The notes under the pieces were generated by a model. The model saw only the letters and a list, made by a program, of their open reading frames with translations, did not search any database and had not been told where the DNA came from. The translations under genes and the position numbers were made by a program. A stretch of 62,833 nt of DNA, the filler included, from Diploschistes diacapsis (lineage: Eukaryota): NCBI GenBank assembly GCA_023645945.1. It is 13 parts of 13 records of this genome, joined end to end, with 100 filler letters (N's around TTAATTAATTAA, not from the genome) between each part and the next. Parts side by side here need not be neighbours in the genome. Positions count along the whole stretch, not along the records: positions 48,499 to 53,215 come from JALAIB010001662.1; positions 53,316 to 58,025 come from JALAIB010001663.1; positions 58,126 to 62,833 come from JALAIB010001664.1; 10 more parts are not named here. One strand, 5' to 3'. This document shows, one piece after another, positions 48,681 through 61,601 of this stretch; the first letter of the stretch is position 1, and every line of letters begins with the position of its first letter.

Positions 48681-51600
48681 TATTATACGTGTCAAGCTAT
48701 CTGACGGATAGGTTATGCGTAGAATAAATAAACTTCTCCGGTTCCGGTTCTTCGGCGCGAGCATTCTCTTTAACAGCATGTAACAAGGACAAGGCTGGTG
48801 AGATGGATTGTATTGATAGAAGAGGATGGGCCCCTCCAAAAGACTATGGCCTCTTGGCCCAAGCAACGCCAAGCCTATCTAATCCTATCAGGACCACATA
48901 CCGGTCCCGTTACAGTGCCCCCTTCTTAAAAAGCCATTGCCCCAATGGCCTCTATATCCCTACTTTCCAAAAGTATATTTATAACCATAAGCAATCTAAA
49001 AAGCAACTCGATAACAACTTCCAGACCAGCGCGCCACACTTACAATTCCGAAAAAATTAAAAGCCCATATAAACTTTTGATCACAAAAGCCCAAAAGCCA
49101 ACGCTCAAAACATACTTAATAAGTCCTTTATAACAACTCCCGAAGCTGCTCTATATCCCAACTTCATATCAATTAGCTTCGAAACCGCCTATTACCGCCA
49201 AATACAGGCTCCTATCTACCTAACATCTTAAGATCCTATCTTCTATCTTCCCATAATAATTCCTTCGCAGAACCTCTAGGTCCTTTTTAGATATCTGCTT
49301 ACTGTAGAGCCTATTACTGCTCCTGTTTCTACATACGTTCGTAAGTATCTATAAGTTCTGTAACATACCTTAATTTTTTGATATTGATCCATATATTATC
49401 CTTAGGTGGATATCCTAGCCATCTAATTAAGTATTCCGTAGTATAACTTCTACCTCTTTTATACTTTTTCTTTATCAATAACTTTTCGATTTCGAAATGT
49501 CCCTCTTACTTATCCACTATGACAGGTTAAGGTGGGGGTGAACGTCGCTTGTACGGGTCGTTTCCCTGTAAAAGGGCTTCGAGATGGACAATCGATACGA
49601 CTAAATGAAATTTGACATGTTCCGGAAAATCCAATCGGTAAACCAGCTTTCTAATTCTTTCTAATATTTTGTATAATCTTGAGAATTATTAACTTATTAC
49701 CCGATTTATTATCCCAGAGAACTTGAACCCTCGGTACAATTGTAGCCTAACCTTGTCGCCGACGTTGAAGAATTTGGCTTAATGGCGATTGTCGTAATAA
49801 CCCTTTATTATAATCTTAGCCAGCGTTAATACGTCCTTAACATCCATTATCAATAATCGATGCTATATTAATGTAACCAATTCTTAATCTTTTCGAATCT
49901 CTCGCGGAAGGTGCGAGAAAGGTTGTAAAATATCCGCTCGATTATTTCGTTCAATTTAAATTGCGTTTAAATATTCTTATTATAAAAGCTATCTTTCTTA
50001 CTTTCTCGTCATTACCGGGTATGTCCTTGTATTAAACGCTCGTTATTGTAAAATATGGTTATCTTGGTTCTTAAAAGCTAAATTCGCGTTAAAATCTGTC
50101 CTAAGTTCTTGAAATTGCCTGCCTATAGATACTATAGTATCTTCGTCTGGCCTGATCTGATCTTGACCTGTATTTGCTCGTAGAAGACGATTAGATTCAA
50201 CGTCTAAAAATTTAAATCCCATTAGATCCAGAGGCTCTCGTATTTTAAATCCGTATAAAACTTTTATAAATATTAGTCTAATCGATTGCTTCATAGTATT
50301 GTTTAGTCCGATCTAAAGCTTCGGTAACTTTAAAGGCTATAATCGTTCGTCTAATAACGCGGCTATGTAATAACGTAAAGCTATTTCTATAGTTTAATTT
50401 ATTCTTTCAGACGCACCATCGGTCTGAAAATAATAGCTAATAGATAGTAAAGAATTCACACCCAATTCCTCAAAAAGCGCCCTCCAAAGGACGGACATAA
50501 AGCGGCAATCTCGGTCTATAATCGTCACTTTTAGAATCCCCTAGTTCAAGAGATATAACCTCTACATCAGAACTGATCCCCAGCGCTGTCCTCCTTAGAT
50601 AGTCTTTCCTATTATAAACGTTATGGCCTTACTAAATTTATCCGTAACGCTTAAAACAGCGTTTAAATTATCCAACGTCCGAGATAGAACAAAAATGAAA
50701 TCTAAAGTTAACGTGTAGAAGGGGCGAGGTGCAGCAGAAATTGGCTATAGAGCGCCGTATGGTCTATATCTCGGAATTTAATTCGCCTGGTATTGCGAAC
50801 AATGCTTAATATAGGATCTCAGCTTCTTCGTTATGTCGAATATGTAGACCTGTTCGCTGAACCTTTTGTAACAACGATTAACCCCTAAATAACCTAGATT
50901 ATCGTGTATCTGCTCGAAAAACGTCTTCTCCAGCGCTGTCGGTACGACCAATCGATAATCGTGTTCCATATCCACGAAATAGAGCAAATCTCCTTCAATT
51001 TTAAAGGACAGATTCGCTGCATTTGCATTCAAACTCTGATTATTTCGTAAACATTCTAGCAGCTTTTTCCAGCGTGGTTCAGCCTCGTAGGCCTCAACTA
51101 TCCGGTTCTTCAAAACAGGGTATAATTAAACAATCGAAATAAAAAAAGAATGCACTATATCCGAATTCAATACGTCCAAGATCGACTCGTTCGTTTCAAA
51201 CCTAAACTCTCTTAAAGTTAATCGAGATAACGCATCTAAAACTATATTAGCTTTACCCGGTTTATATCGCACATTTAAAACAAATCTTTAAATATATTCC
51301 GATGCTTTAACGAACCGTAAATTCAGCTTTTCTATCGAAACACTATTTAGCGAAATCTATCTAAAGATCTATACGATCGAGCTATAATCGGTAAAAACGA
51401 TAACAGATAGTTTTTAAGTCGATTCCATTATATATCTCGTTTTCCGTAAAGTCCAAACCAGCTCAGTTACTTCGAGTTTAATCGGCCAGTAACGTTTTTC
51501 TGCTTATATTAGCCGGCGACTAAGGAACAGGATCGGTAAAATCTCCTTTTAACCCGGATACTATTTTGGGTCCTAATCCAGCTTTTTTTCTAATTTCACG

Positions 51601-53215
51601 TGGTATACCGTAACTCCTATACCCATTTTAGAAATATCGATATCGATATAAAGCCGCTTAATTTTATCGAAATGGACTAACATCGTAACCCGTCCAAATA
51701 AAATCTATAACTAATAAAAACTAGCCAATTCTTTTAATATCAGGCTTCGTAATGCTTCTTTTACAACCCCGATCTTTCTCTTTACCCCTTTAACTAAGCC
51801 CTTACCTCTTAATTCCTTAATTAAAAAGGTCTTGCGCTCTTCGAAAAGTGCCACGATTATCGAAAACATCGAGATATAATGCCGTAAATAACTAACAAGC
51901 CCGATGTATTACTCAAGGACCTACAATGTCCGAAAGAATTCGAGGCTCGTAATTACTGCCAGCTTGTCCTCTGCCGTCGCTAGACCAAAAGCGTCAACCT
52001 TTTATCCCAGCAATTTCACGCTCGGATATCCCACAAAAGATTTCTTCGACGCTAACGTTATATTAACTCGATCCAACGCTCTAAACATTTTCGTTAGATG
52101 TTCGACATGTTCCCCCAAGCTCTTACTATAGATTACTATATCGTCCTAATATACCCTACAAAAGTTTCGATATAGGCGTAATATCCCATCTATTTTTCGC
52201 TACACATAAACAAGGGAATTTCGATAGCCCATAATAAAAACATTAAAGGTTTCTTAACCTCGATAAGAAACCATTATTAACTTATGCCGGTCCTCTTATT
52301 AAACATACTACTAATAAAAGAAGCTCGTGCAATCTACTATAATAATGAACTAACAACCCGAAATTTCAGCCAAGATGTCGCTTTATAAAGGTATCGGATA
52401 AACATTCTTCTCGCTTATCTTATTTAAACCCCTGATATCGACGATTATCCTATTTTTGGACCCGTTTTCAGGCATATTTTTATAAACCATAAAGTATGGG
52501 TAAAAGAACGACGTTAATGATTTAGTTTAGCTCATTCTTCCTGTCCTATATAAATCATTAAAAATACTATCAATAATTTACCTGTCGGTTATACTAGTTA
52601 GATATATTTTGGCCTAATTAGATTTAATAGCACCGGTCTTCTCCTATCTTTTAATCAATGAGATTAACATATAATTCCTCTTAAATAGATTAATATTACC
52701 GATATCGCGCCAAAGATTTAAAAAACCTTTTATCACGGCTCGAAGCTCCGAAATCACATTAAAAAAGTTCCTACAAATGGTGATTCCGTTTTCGAGAATA
52801 ATCTCGAAAGGTCTTGCCCCATCGATCGCCGTTTTTAATTATATTATAATTAAATTTGCGGTAGGTTCTATAAGGTTTATTATAGGTATTAATGAGCTCG
52901 TAAGCGGCGTAAATATCGTTATACCCGATCCGGATTCTTAAATTTTAAACGAACCTGTTTCGAAAGCTAAAGTAATTATTAGATTTGGACCGAACTTTAG
53001 AGGTCCCGAATTCGTAATTAAATTGTATCTTATAGACCCGATTAGAAGCCTTTTCTAAAGCTTCTTCGCCTAGGCTTTTCTTTTCGGCGGTAAAGCTGCA
53101 AGATGTTTAATCTTACACCAGTTAAAGTGGATGTAATAGGCTTTATCTATTTCGTAATCTCGCAGAAAACTTAGGTATAAGTTTTTAAGTATAATGATGT
53201 TTGTATCGTTATTAT
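48681..53215 (-). mobile_element. Second RIP-inactivated Ty3/Gypsy chromovirus (different family): RT, RNase H, IN, chromodomain, PPT, 3' LTR ~48681-48914
   Basis: Minus strand IIVDIRGLNK, FCRVY*DDIVIYS (~52140), HDNLGYLG..RCY, RPFYTLTLDFI, QTDGASER, FEIEKLL..EYLIRWLGYPP; AAGAAGGGGG PPT before TGTAACG. Confidence 0.93.
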
Positions 53216-53315
53216 NNNNNNNNNNNNNNNNNNNNNNNNNNNNNNNNNNNNNNNNNNNNTTAATTAATTAANNNNNNNNNNNNNNNNNNNNNNNNNNNNN
53301 NNNNNNNNNNNNNNN

Positions 53316-53641
53316 AATCTATCCTTAACAGACGTCTATTATTAAATATCTATCAATCACGTAACTTAGCGTCCGTAATTAACTATATATAAGAAATAAT
53401 TAAAAAATGCCCGACTAACTATAAAGTATTAAATAACCGCTTAATCACCCTAGATCGTAATATTATTCCTTTTCTTTAATCTTATCGACCCGACAAGTTC
53501 CGAAAAATAAATATAAATATTAAATAAAAAAAATCTTAAATCGTAGAACAACGATATCTTTTTCAACTTCTCGTAACTATAAACTCGCTAACCGAATTCT
53601 TCGAATAAATAAAACCGTTAACTTCTTTTATTTCCACTATT
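53316..53641 (-). mobile_element. Fragment (3' UTR, PPT, LTR start) related to the Gypsy element at 19524-24271
   Basis: Reverse complement aligns with ~23975-24165 (AAGATATCGTTGTTxTACGA...AAAGAAAAGGAATAATATTACGATC). Confidence 0.8.
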
Positions 53642-53753
53642 CAGTGTTATGATCTCTATCTCTACAAAGTAGACACGAGGTATTAATTAAGGTGGGTTTG
53701 GTCTCGTTTAGAAGAGGAGTGCAAGCAGGAGAAGAAGATAGAATAGTTATAGG

Positions 53754-54304
53754 TAGGCTGGCCGTTTCGTGCCACGGTCACTGACACGGACACGACAGCT
53801 AAAATTTTAAAATACGGATACTGACATGGACACTACACTGCAGTGAAAGCACGAACACGGACATTATAATTAAAAATTTTAAAATATTGATATTGACACG
53901 GATACTGTATTTCCGTAAATCTATTAAAATATTGCGGTGAATATACCGAAATAACGCAGTGAAATTTTTTTAAAAAAATAAGAGCGTTAGAAATAGGCGT
54001 GATAATTCTAGAATTATTAAAATTAAAAAAATAATTTAAAGTGTTTCGGTGAATGTACGGACACGGATACCGCAATAAAAATTTTTTCGACACGGACATT
54101 AACACGGACATTATATTATAATAAAAGCACGGACACGGATATTATAATTAAAAATTTTAAAACACTGATATTGATACGGACACTGCACTTCCGTGAATCC
54201 ACGGATACGGACACCGCAGCTAAAAAATCTAAAACACGGATACTGATACTGTTAGTGTCCGTGTTACTGACACGGCCGTGTCAGTGTCAGTGACGGCCAG
54301 CCTA
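53754..54304. mobile_element. 551-bp non-autonomous DNA transposon (MITE, hAT-like ends) with subterminal repeats
   Basis: Perfect 12-bp TIR TAGGCTGGCCGT...ACGGCCAGCCTA; many ACACGGA(C/T)AC motifs and a reiterated AAAATTTTAAAA-containing unit; no TSD visible. Confidence 0.75.
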
Positions 54305-54625
54305 ATTGAAAATAACTATAAGTTATCTCTAAATTCCCAAAAAAGAATGGCAAAAAGTTAACTCTAAAAGAACTAGGGTGCTGACACAGAAAAGAAGATA
54401 TTTAATGGTTCTAGGGAATCATTCCAAAAAGGAAATCTAATACCCAAAAGTATCTCAGCAAAGAGCAAAAGCAAAAGCAAAGTACGGCTAGAGCGCCGGG
54501 CTTATAACCTTTCAGTTATATTAATGGAGAAGAAGGATTGTATTGCTCTGCAAGAGATGTCTGTAAGCGGATTATATACATTCTGTATGACTAATCATGT
54601 CCCCCTGCTCCTGCTCCTTCTCACA
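54305..54625 (-). mobile_element. Copia 5' LTR (54510-54625), PBS and leader, truncated by the MITE
   Basis: TGTGAGAAGG...AACTGAAA then GGTTATAAGCCCGGCG; leader matches 57372-57577. Confidence 0.88.
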
Positions 54626-57254
54626 TGAAGTTTTTTAACGATTGTAAATTCTGATTAAGCCGGGCAATAACTTTTCGGGATAGCTTATACTGGCCTGCCA
54701 CGGCTTGAGCAATTGACAGCGTGAACGGATCGACGTGAGCCACTGGTAGTCTTGATAGGACCGATACTGTGGTTTTCGCATTAGTATTGCCTAGCTCCAC
54801 CTGGTGGATTGTGCCTTGCTGAGAAAGGGAAGACAGGCTTCCGTCTCGTATATTTATTGACATATTGAAAAGCCCACCGACTTATCTTATGCAGAGCATT
54901 CAGATGATTGTCAGCTAATACAATACCAAGAAAAGGGTCAATTGCAAGAGAAACGTGGTTTGAATGCATTTTCTTGAAATCTTTCTAAAGTGAGAGTATC
55001 TTCCCAATCATAATAGATAACCCGGACCGAGGAGCTCAAAAATTCTGAAAATCATTCGAATCTCAAGAACTTCTATCATCTGAAGATTTAAACGAGTAGC
55101 AAGAACATATTTTTTTTGTACATCACTAGGAGTTATGATCCCTATGAGGATGATCCTGCGCGCAAGATCACATCCTGCCAGTCACGAACGACCAGGTCGA
55201 ACGCAGATAGATCTCTTTATACACAATCTATCGATATATCCGATTGTTAGATATCAAATTGAAAAGGAAAAATAGTACAAGTCCATACCACGCGCAGAGC
55301 TACTTACTCAGTACTGTCTATAGCCAGGCCGTGGGCACTGCCGAAAGGGCACACTACATCCACAGCCCCATATATCAACGAAAATTATTCAGACCAGATA
55401 GCTGCTTGCAGACGAATCAGAATCCATTTTGAGTCTATTGCCCCCGTAACGGTGATGGCTGCTTCACCAGAACCTACAATAGGACGGTCGCTGTTATCAG
55501 AATCAAGCAGCCCTCAGGTCTTTGGACACTACACCATACTGGACCTCGAGGCCCTCAAACGTTGTGAGTGAGATGTTTCTCATTTCAGCTGTCTGCTCCC
55601 GAGAATTTACCAGCCTTTTGTGTATTAGTGGAAAATACAATTGGCTCCGAAGCCCAGCTCAGGAGAATATTTACAGAGTGACGTACTGTAAGCTCGATTT
55701 TGATGAGGATTTTAGATCACCTAAAGGGATAAACTTTGGTGACAGACCTGTGGGACGTAGTCATATGCTTCCCCTCAAATCCATCATTTCCCCCTGGCCC
55801 TGACATCTCTTGTTCATCCTTTACCATCAAATCCAGTGAGTCCTGAATTCCCAGGACCTCGCTTCGAAGGTAGCGCGCCTACTTTCTTTGATACACCCCG
55901 TAATCATGGCTCTTCTATTCCCCCCCCCCCAATCTAGAGTGGTCCAGAAGCTTGCTTGCTGGCTTTTTAGGCACTGGAAGGGTCCCTTGTATAACAGCTG
56001 GCAGTTACAACAGACTCGGGCCTGGCATGACCAAAGAAGCATATTGACACCACACGACCTAGATCTCGGCTTCTATGAGGAAATCCCACCCGTGAAGTAT
56101 GGCATCGTAGAGCGGGACCATATCCACAACACCAATATCAAGGCACTAGTAACTGAACTCGCAGCACATCCTGGCCCGTCTCCCTATGTCATGCCTCCTC
56201 CAACCACAATTTACAATCGTCGGGCATTTCAACTATTGTAGCCAGTCATATTTCTGGTATATCGGGCACTGCGGGAGGATAAGTCAGCGCCCCTGGTACT
56301 TGCAGACATCGAAGACAAATAGGAAGCGAAACATGTAAGTTTTTCTGATGAGGTGAAGGGGAGGCAGGGGGGGTGGGAGAGGAAAGAGAGGGTGGCGCTA
56401 GTGCAATGAGATAAACGGACAGGTTGTGAAGGGAATTATTAGAGATAGGGGCTATGGTGCATTCGGTGGGAGAATTCTAGGCTTTTACGAGAGTTACGGC
56501 AATCTTGTCCAAGTCAATTAACAACCTAAAGTATATTCGCCCTGGCAGTTGCAAAAAGAAGTGTATGGCTTTCCCCGACTCCAACTCCTCAATATCTACC
56601 TATATGTACACAAAATACAGCCACTACTATCACATACGGCCACAGGCTACAGAGAACGAGGTATCCCGTCCGCTCTGCCAATCTAAGCTGTAGACCGGCG
56701 AAGTAGTACTGGAGTGGGTGACCATCTGGGAATTCTCGCTGCTGTATGTTTTTGACTCTTTATTACTTTTTTTTGGTTTTCTGGAGACAGACCTACATCA
56801 ATCCGAAGTTGGGACGTGGTATGATGCCTAAATGAAAGCGGAACGGGAATCGAGCCCTAACTTGTTCACGTGACAATGACTACTATTATTAGTTCGGAAT
56901 TTTTGGCCTTCGGCTTCTCACTCGTGCTACTTCAGAGTGTTGATAGCGAAGAGGCTACTCTTGATGGCCGGTCTTGTTGCGAATCTCGCATGTCAGTTCT
57001 CACGCGGCCGGTCGCCGCGACGTTAGGTTGCCCTTTACCTGAGTTTTCTATGGGGGAACATAATGGGAGGCTTCTTTTCGTGATGGATGAGGAGGGATTG
57101 GATTGGCCAGTAGGGATAGTGGAGATGGTAAAGGGGAGACAAATCAGGAGTCGGGACAGAAGAACAGGAGGCAAGTGGGTTGTGTGACGAGGTGGAAGTG
57201 GGCTGCTGACCCCAGAGTGGGATGGGGTTGTCACACGTTCAGTAGGGTCTTATA

Positions 57255-58025
57255 TGTGAGAAGGAGAAGGAGCGGAGGACATGATTAGTCATGCAGAATG
57301 TATATAATCCGCTTACAGACATCTCTTGCAGAGAAATACAATCCTTCTTCTCAATCAAGATATAACTTATAGGTTATGAGCCCGGCGTTCTAGCCGTACT
57401 TTGCTTTTGCTTTTGCTCTTTGCTGAGATACTTTTGGGTACTAGATTTCCTTTTTTGAAATGATTCCCTAGAACCACCAAGTATTCTCTTCTCTGTGCCA
57501 GCACCCTAGTTCTTTTAGAGCTAACTTTCTGCCACTCTTCTTTGAGAACTTAAAGATAACCTATAGCCACTTTTAATAAACCCATCGAGGACAGGATATC
57601 TGTCACAAGAATAAGTAACGTCCCTCGAATCAATTTTAAGATCGATAATCTTCCGAAATTATCGAGCCGAAATAACGATTACGTCACGTGAAAGAACGCT
57701 TAATTAATAGCATTCTTTTATTTAAAGTTAAAGAATATTATCGAAAATAAAGCTATATCGAAAATATTATCCCGAAGATTTAAAACTTATGTTCTATTAA
57801 TATAATCGATAGAATCAAACTTTATCGGATTTATTTCTAAATTTAATAATCTAATAGCGGCTTAAATAAATCTTCGAGATAAATACGATCGTGATACCGA
57901 AATAAGCAGTATTTATCTATTTAAAGCAATCATAGAATTGAAAATGGTATCTAATGGACCCGTTAAGGATTATATAGATACCTTTTATTTAATCTGGCAG
58001 CGAATGATTTCACGGTATTATTCAT
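57255..58025 (+). mobile_element. Copia 5' LTR (57255-57371), PBS (57372-57383) and RIP-mutated gag start
   Basis: TGTGAGAAGG LTR; GGTTATGAGCCC PBS of Ty5/copia type; KIDNLPKLSSRNNDYVT*K resembles the copia gag N-terminal motif. Confidence 0.88.
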
Positions 58026-58125
58026 NNNNNNNNNNNNNNNNNNNNNNNNNNNNNNNNNNNNNNNNNNNNTTAATTAATTAANNNNNNNNNNNNNNNNNNN
58101 NNNNNNNNNNNNNNNNNNNNNNNNN

Positions 58126-58700
58126 ACCCCCGCCTCGACATCCCGCGCCTCGTGCACCTAATCGAAGACTCCTTCGGCCGCCCGCTCGACGCGGCCAGCT
58201 ACTTCGCCCGCATCGCGCCCTCCCTCGCCGGCATCATCATCGCGGGCGCCTACGAGGGCGGCGCGATCCTCACCTGGGAGCGCCCGCCCGGTGCGCCGGC
58301 CTGCGCGAACGGGAGGCTGGTGCCGTACCTGGACAAGTTCGCGGTGCTGAAGCGCAGCCAGGGCGCGGGGGGCGTGGCGGATATTGTGTTCAGCGCCATG
58401 GTGCGCGAGTGCTTCCCCGAGGGCGTGTGCTGGCGGAGCAGGAGCGATAATCCGGTCAATCGGTGGTACTTTGAGAGGGCGAGGGGGAGTTGGAGGCTGG
58501 ATGGGCTTGGGAATGGCGGTGGGAGCAGTGGTGGGAAAGATGGGGTTGACGGCGAGGGGAAAGGGGCGAGGAAGAAGGGCCAGAGCTGGACCATGTTCTG
58601 GACTACGGAGGGCGTGGGCGGCGATCTGTGGGCGGATTATGAGGGCGTTTGTGGGAGCATTGGGACGTGTTGGCGGGATGGGAAGAGGACGCTGGATTGA
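58126..58700 (+). CDS. ARG2: N-acetylglutamate synthase, C-terminal NAT domain (5' truncated)
   Basis: [72 protein letters not shown]. Confidence 0.93.
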
Positions 58701-60158
58701 GAGGGGAAGGAGGGGGTGTGCGTCTGCGTGCGGGTGAGTGGGATATGGGAAAGTCATGGGTGGTGGGGAGCTGGGTCATTGACGAAGCGGATTTTCTGCT
58801 CCTGTATGGATGGTGGATAAGCCGGCCAGTGGGACGAGGGATTCTGAACCTTCACGGCAGTGCTGATTTGGATCTTGTGGGAATCCGTTGGCATCGTGAA
58901 GGGAGGGGGAGATATGATGGAAACGAAGGGTGACGATCTTATATATACATAGACATATACCATATACATAGTCGAGAGTGTTCGAACAATGGGTGGGTGT
59001 GTATTCGCTCCCCCTGGATGTCCGGAACGTCAAGGGACGAGCCATCATCACCGCTGCTTCCATCCTTCTGCGTGTGAAATATCTCGGAAGTCCCTCGACG
59101 CTTTCAGCGACCTGACCTGATGCTCCTTGCCCAGGCAAGGAAAGAGGGGGGAGGAGGGGGCCTCTGGATGCCTTCAAGCGCTCCTTAGCATCCTGATCTT
59201 CTTCTTCTTCTTCTTCTTCTTCCTCCTCCCCCAATAAGAGGTCGATCCAAGATTCACCGGAAGACTCTGCTGTTCGCCCCTCGATAAAACCTGTTCGTTG
59301 GTACTGTTTGCAGCGTGCTGCCTGCCCATTCACTGACCAGCTCAAGGAACACGTTTGGGAGCAAACATCACATGCCTCTTCCACGACAATGTGTTCTGGT
59401 TCTAAACACAAACCCACTCTGTTGTCGTCGTCGTCATCGTTCTTCAGGTCTTGTCATGTCTACTCCCTCTTTTGTCTGTGGCCGCCTGGGTTAGTACCAT
59501 ACTTACCATGTCCCAAGGTTCAGGGGGGGGGGGATTATGTCACTGATAGCATCGAGGTCTCGTGCTTTGCAGTGCGGTCGTTAACACAAGTCTCGTCTTC
59601 TTGATCCTCTTGCGTATATATGAAACTCAAGGATACTGAAATCGGTATCTGTACGGCTGGCGTGCTTGTGCGTGGTCCGAGCGGGTTGTTTTTAGTCTGA
59701 TCTAGGATTTGAGGCTGTTTTCAATAGGTTGCGTTTGTATAAATAATTTTCTTTCTTCATTACCTTATCTGTCTGAATTGAAATGAAGGACTTGCCCTCA
59801 TTTGGACCTGCGGTCTGTTTCGAAATCCCCTTATTTTTTTGGTCCCACCTAGAGGTACTTGTCAGCGATATCTGCAACCATATAGATCAGTTCACTCTTG
59901 TGCTCAGCATGCCCGAAAGCTCACTTTTGCGGTTCATACCTTCATGTTCAGTCTTTAGTGGCCCATTGAGCGATTCTTTTTGTCGTTTAGCCAAGGACCG
60001 ATACCAGTCTCCTCCGCGCAAGTAAGCAGGGCAACTTATCTGGATACATCACAACCATTCCTCTTCGACTTACCAGAGAGTTTGTTGCTGCTTTGCAGGG
60101 CTTTGCACATATTCACCCATCTCTCTTCGGATCTGAAACTCTCTACTCCGCAGCCAAC

Positions 60159-61430
60159 ATGGCCAGCACAGATTCGTCAATAACGGCAGCATCAGGCCAA
60201 CAGATTCCCCAGGGCAAGCTTTTAATGAAGGTAGCAGGCGGTGAGGCGCTTTTCGGAGACGGGTTTGTTGTTGATGCCTTTCAACCTGCACAGACAAAGA
60301 GAGTCCAAGGAGAGCCAGGGATGTATGCCAATAGACCCGTCACTATAACCTTCAACCTTCCTACCGAGAATCCAAAGCAGCATATTCTTGAGCAGAGGAT
60401 AATGGCAACAGTAGGTCCAATGCTCGACGAAGAGGAATGCACTTTGGAAATAGAAAGAACAGGCGAGGGAGGGCTATCCTTTCTGAAACTCCGCTCTACC
60501 ACAGGTCCTCGATATAAGGATCTGGTAAGGCTCCAAAAGTACGTGCAAAAGGGACATGCGGTGACCTTTGATGGTATTACACCAATCTGGTGTATGGAAC
60601 TGGACGGCGAGGAAGCATACTGGGAGAAGCTGCAGACAACGTTGCAGGAAAGACTCGGAACAGGCCCGCTGACTGGAAGCAGCCTGCACGTGGAAAAAGA
60701 CCAAAGCAGTAAAGTGATCAGACTATTCACTTCGGGGGACAATGATACAGACGAGATGGTTGAAGAGATAATCAGAAACATAGTTCCCTTCCGAAAGACA
60801 ATAGCAGTTATGGAAGGCTCGTTGTGTGTTGCCTGCGACGACAAGGCATCGTTGACACTGAGCAGCTGCGGACACAGTTATTGCTCCGAGTGCTTCAACA
60901 ACTATGCATTGTCTGAGTTCATTCCCTTGACTTGCTTTGCGAGTCAAGGTTGTTGCGGAATGGAATGGCCAGCCAAAGAGATAGCAGAAATTGTGCCAGC
61001 AACCATATTGAAAACGCTTTCAAGGCGCGCGCTACAGACTTACCTCCAGACTGAACGGACTCGACTTTTCCAATGCCCTTCCGGAAAGTGCGATGTCATC
61101 CTCCGCGCAGATGTCGTAGGGCTTCAGTACTGCGAAGGGTGCACCTGCACGATCTGCACGTACTGCAAGGCGACCAATCATCAAGGGTTGACTTGTGCAG
61201 ATTTTGAAAAAGCGAGAGGGGAGGTAAACGTCTATACTGACGAAAACGGATCCGTGCAGACGGTCAAGAAATGCCCATGCTGTGAGGCATCCATTGTCAA
61301 ACTTGATGGATGTAACCAAGTTCGATGTCCAAAATGCAAGGTATATCTTTGTTATATATGCCTGAACCATTTCAAGGAAAGCGAGGATGTGTACTGGCAC
61401 ATGGAACAAGATCATCCGGATGACTATTGA
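60159..61430 (+). CDS. RBR (RING1-IBR-RING2) E3 ubiquitin ligase-like protein; possible upstream intron 60022-60153
   Basis: CVAC..CGHSYCSEC..C RING1; CPSGKC..CEGC..ICTYC..HQGLTC IBR; KKCPCC..IVKLDGCNQVRCPKC..LCYIC RING2. Confidence 0.88.
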   Translation: MASTDSSITAASGQQIPQGKLLMKVAGGEALFGDGFVVDAFQPAQTKRVQGEPGMYANRPVTITFNLPTENPKQHILEQRIMATVGPMLDEEECTLEIERTGEGGLSFLKLRSTTGPRYKDLVRLQKYVQKGHAVTFDGITPIWCMELDGEEAYWEKLQTTLQERLGTGPLTGSSLHVEKDQSSKVIRLFTSGDNDTDEMVEEIIRNIVPFRKTIAVMEGSLCVACDDKASLTLSSCGHSYCSECFNNYALSEFIPLTCFASQGCCGMEWPAKEIAEIVPATILKTLSRRALQTYLQTERTRLFQCPSGKCDVILRADVVGLQYCEGCTCTICTYCKATNHQGLTCADFEKARGEVNVYTDENGSVQTVKKCPCCEASIVKLDGCNQVRCPKCKVYLCYICLNHFKESEDVYWHMEQDHPDDY

Positions 61431-61601
61431 AGGGAAGAGCAAAGATATGCTGTGGTAGGAAACCAGTAACGACGGTGATGGTAGAAAAGAATGAACAGCG
61501 GAGCGCAAGAAGTGCGACTAATGAAATAAGCGCTACTAATGGAATAAGCGCTGAGCACAAAGCCTGCACAATTCTGACATAATTTCATCCGTTGTAAGTT
61601 A

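Noticed and set aside
52140..52152. RT active site reading Y*DD in the second Gypsy element (possible readthrough or unusual motif)
   Set aside because: The element is riddled with RIP stops, so this TAG is most simply one more mutation.
55888..56241. 117-aa ORF in the island between Copia LTRs
   Set aside because: No recognisable domain or clear gene structure; covered only as part of the island finding.
58776..59417. 213-aa minus-strand ORF with poly-Glu
   Set aside because: Non-ATG start, acidic run comes from a (TTC)n microsatellite, and I could not build a convincing upstream exon; possible orphan gene but unsupported.
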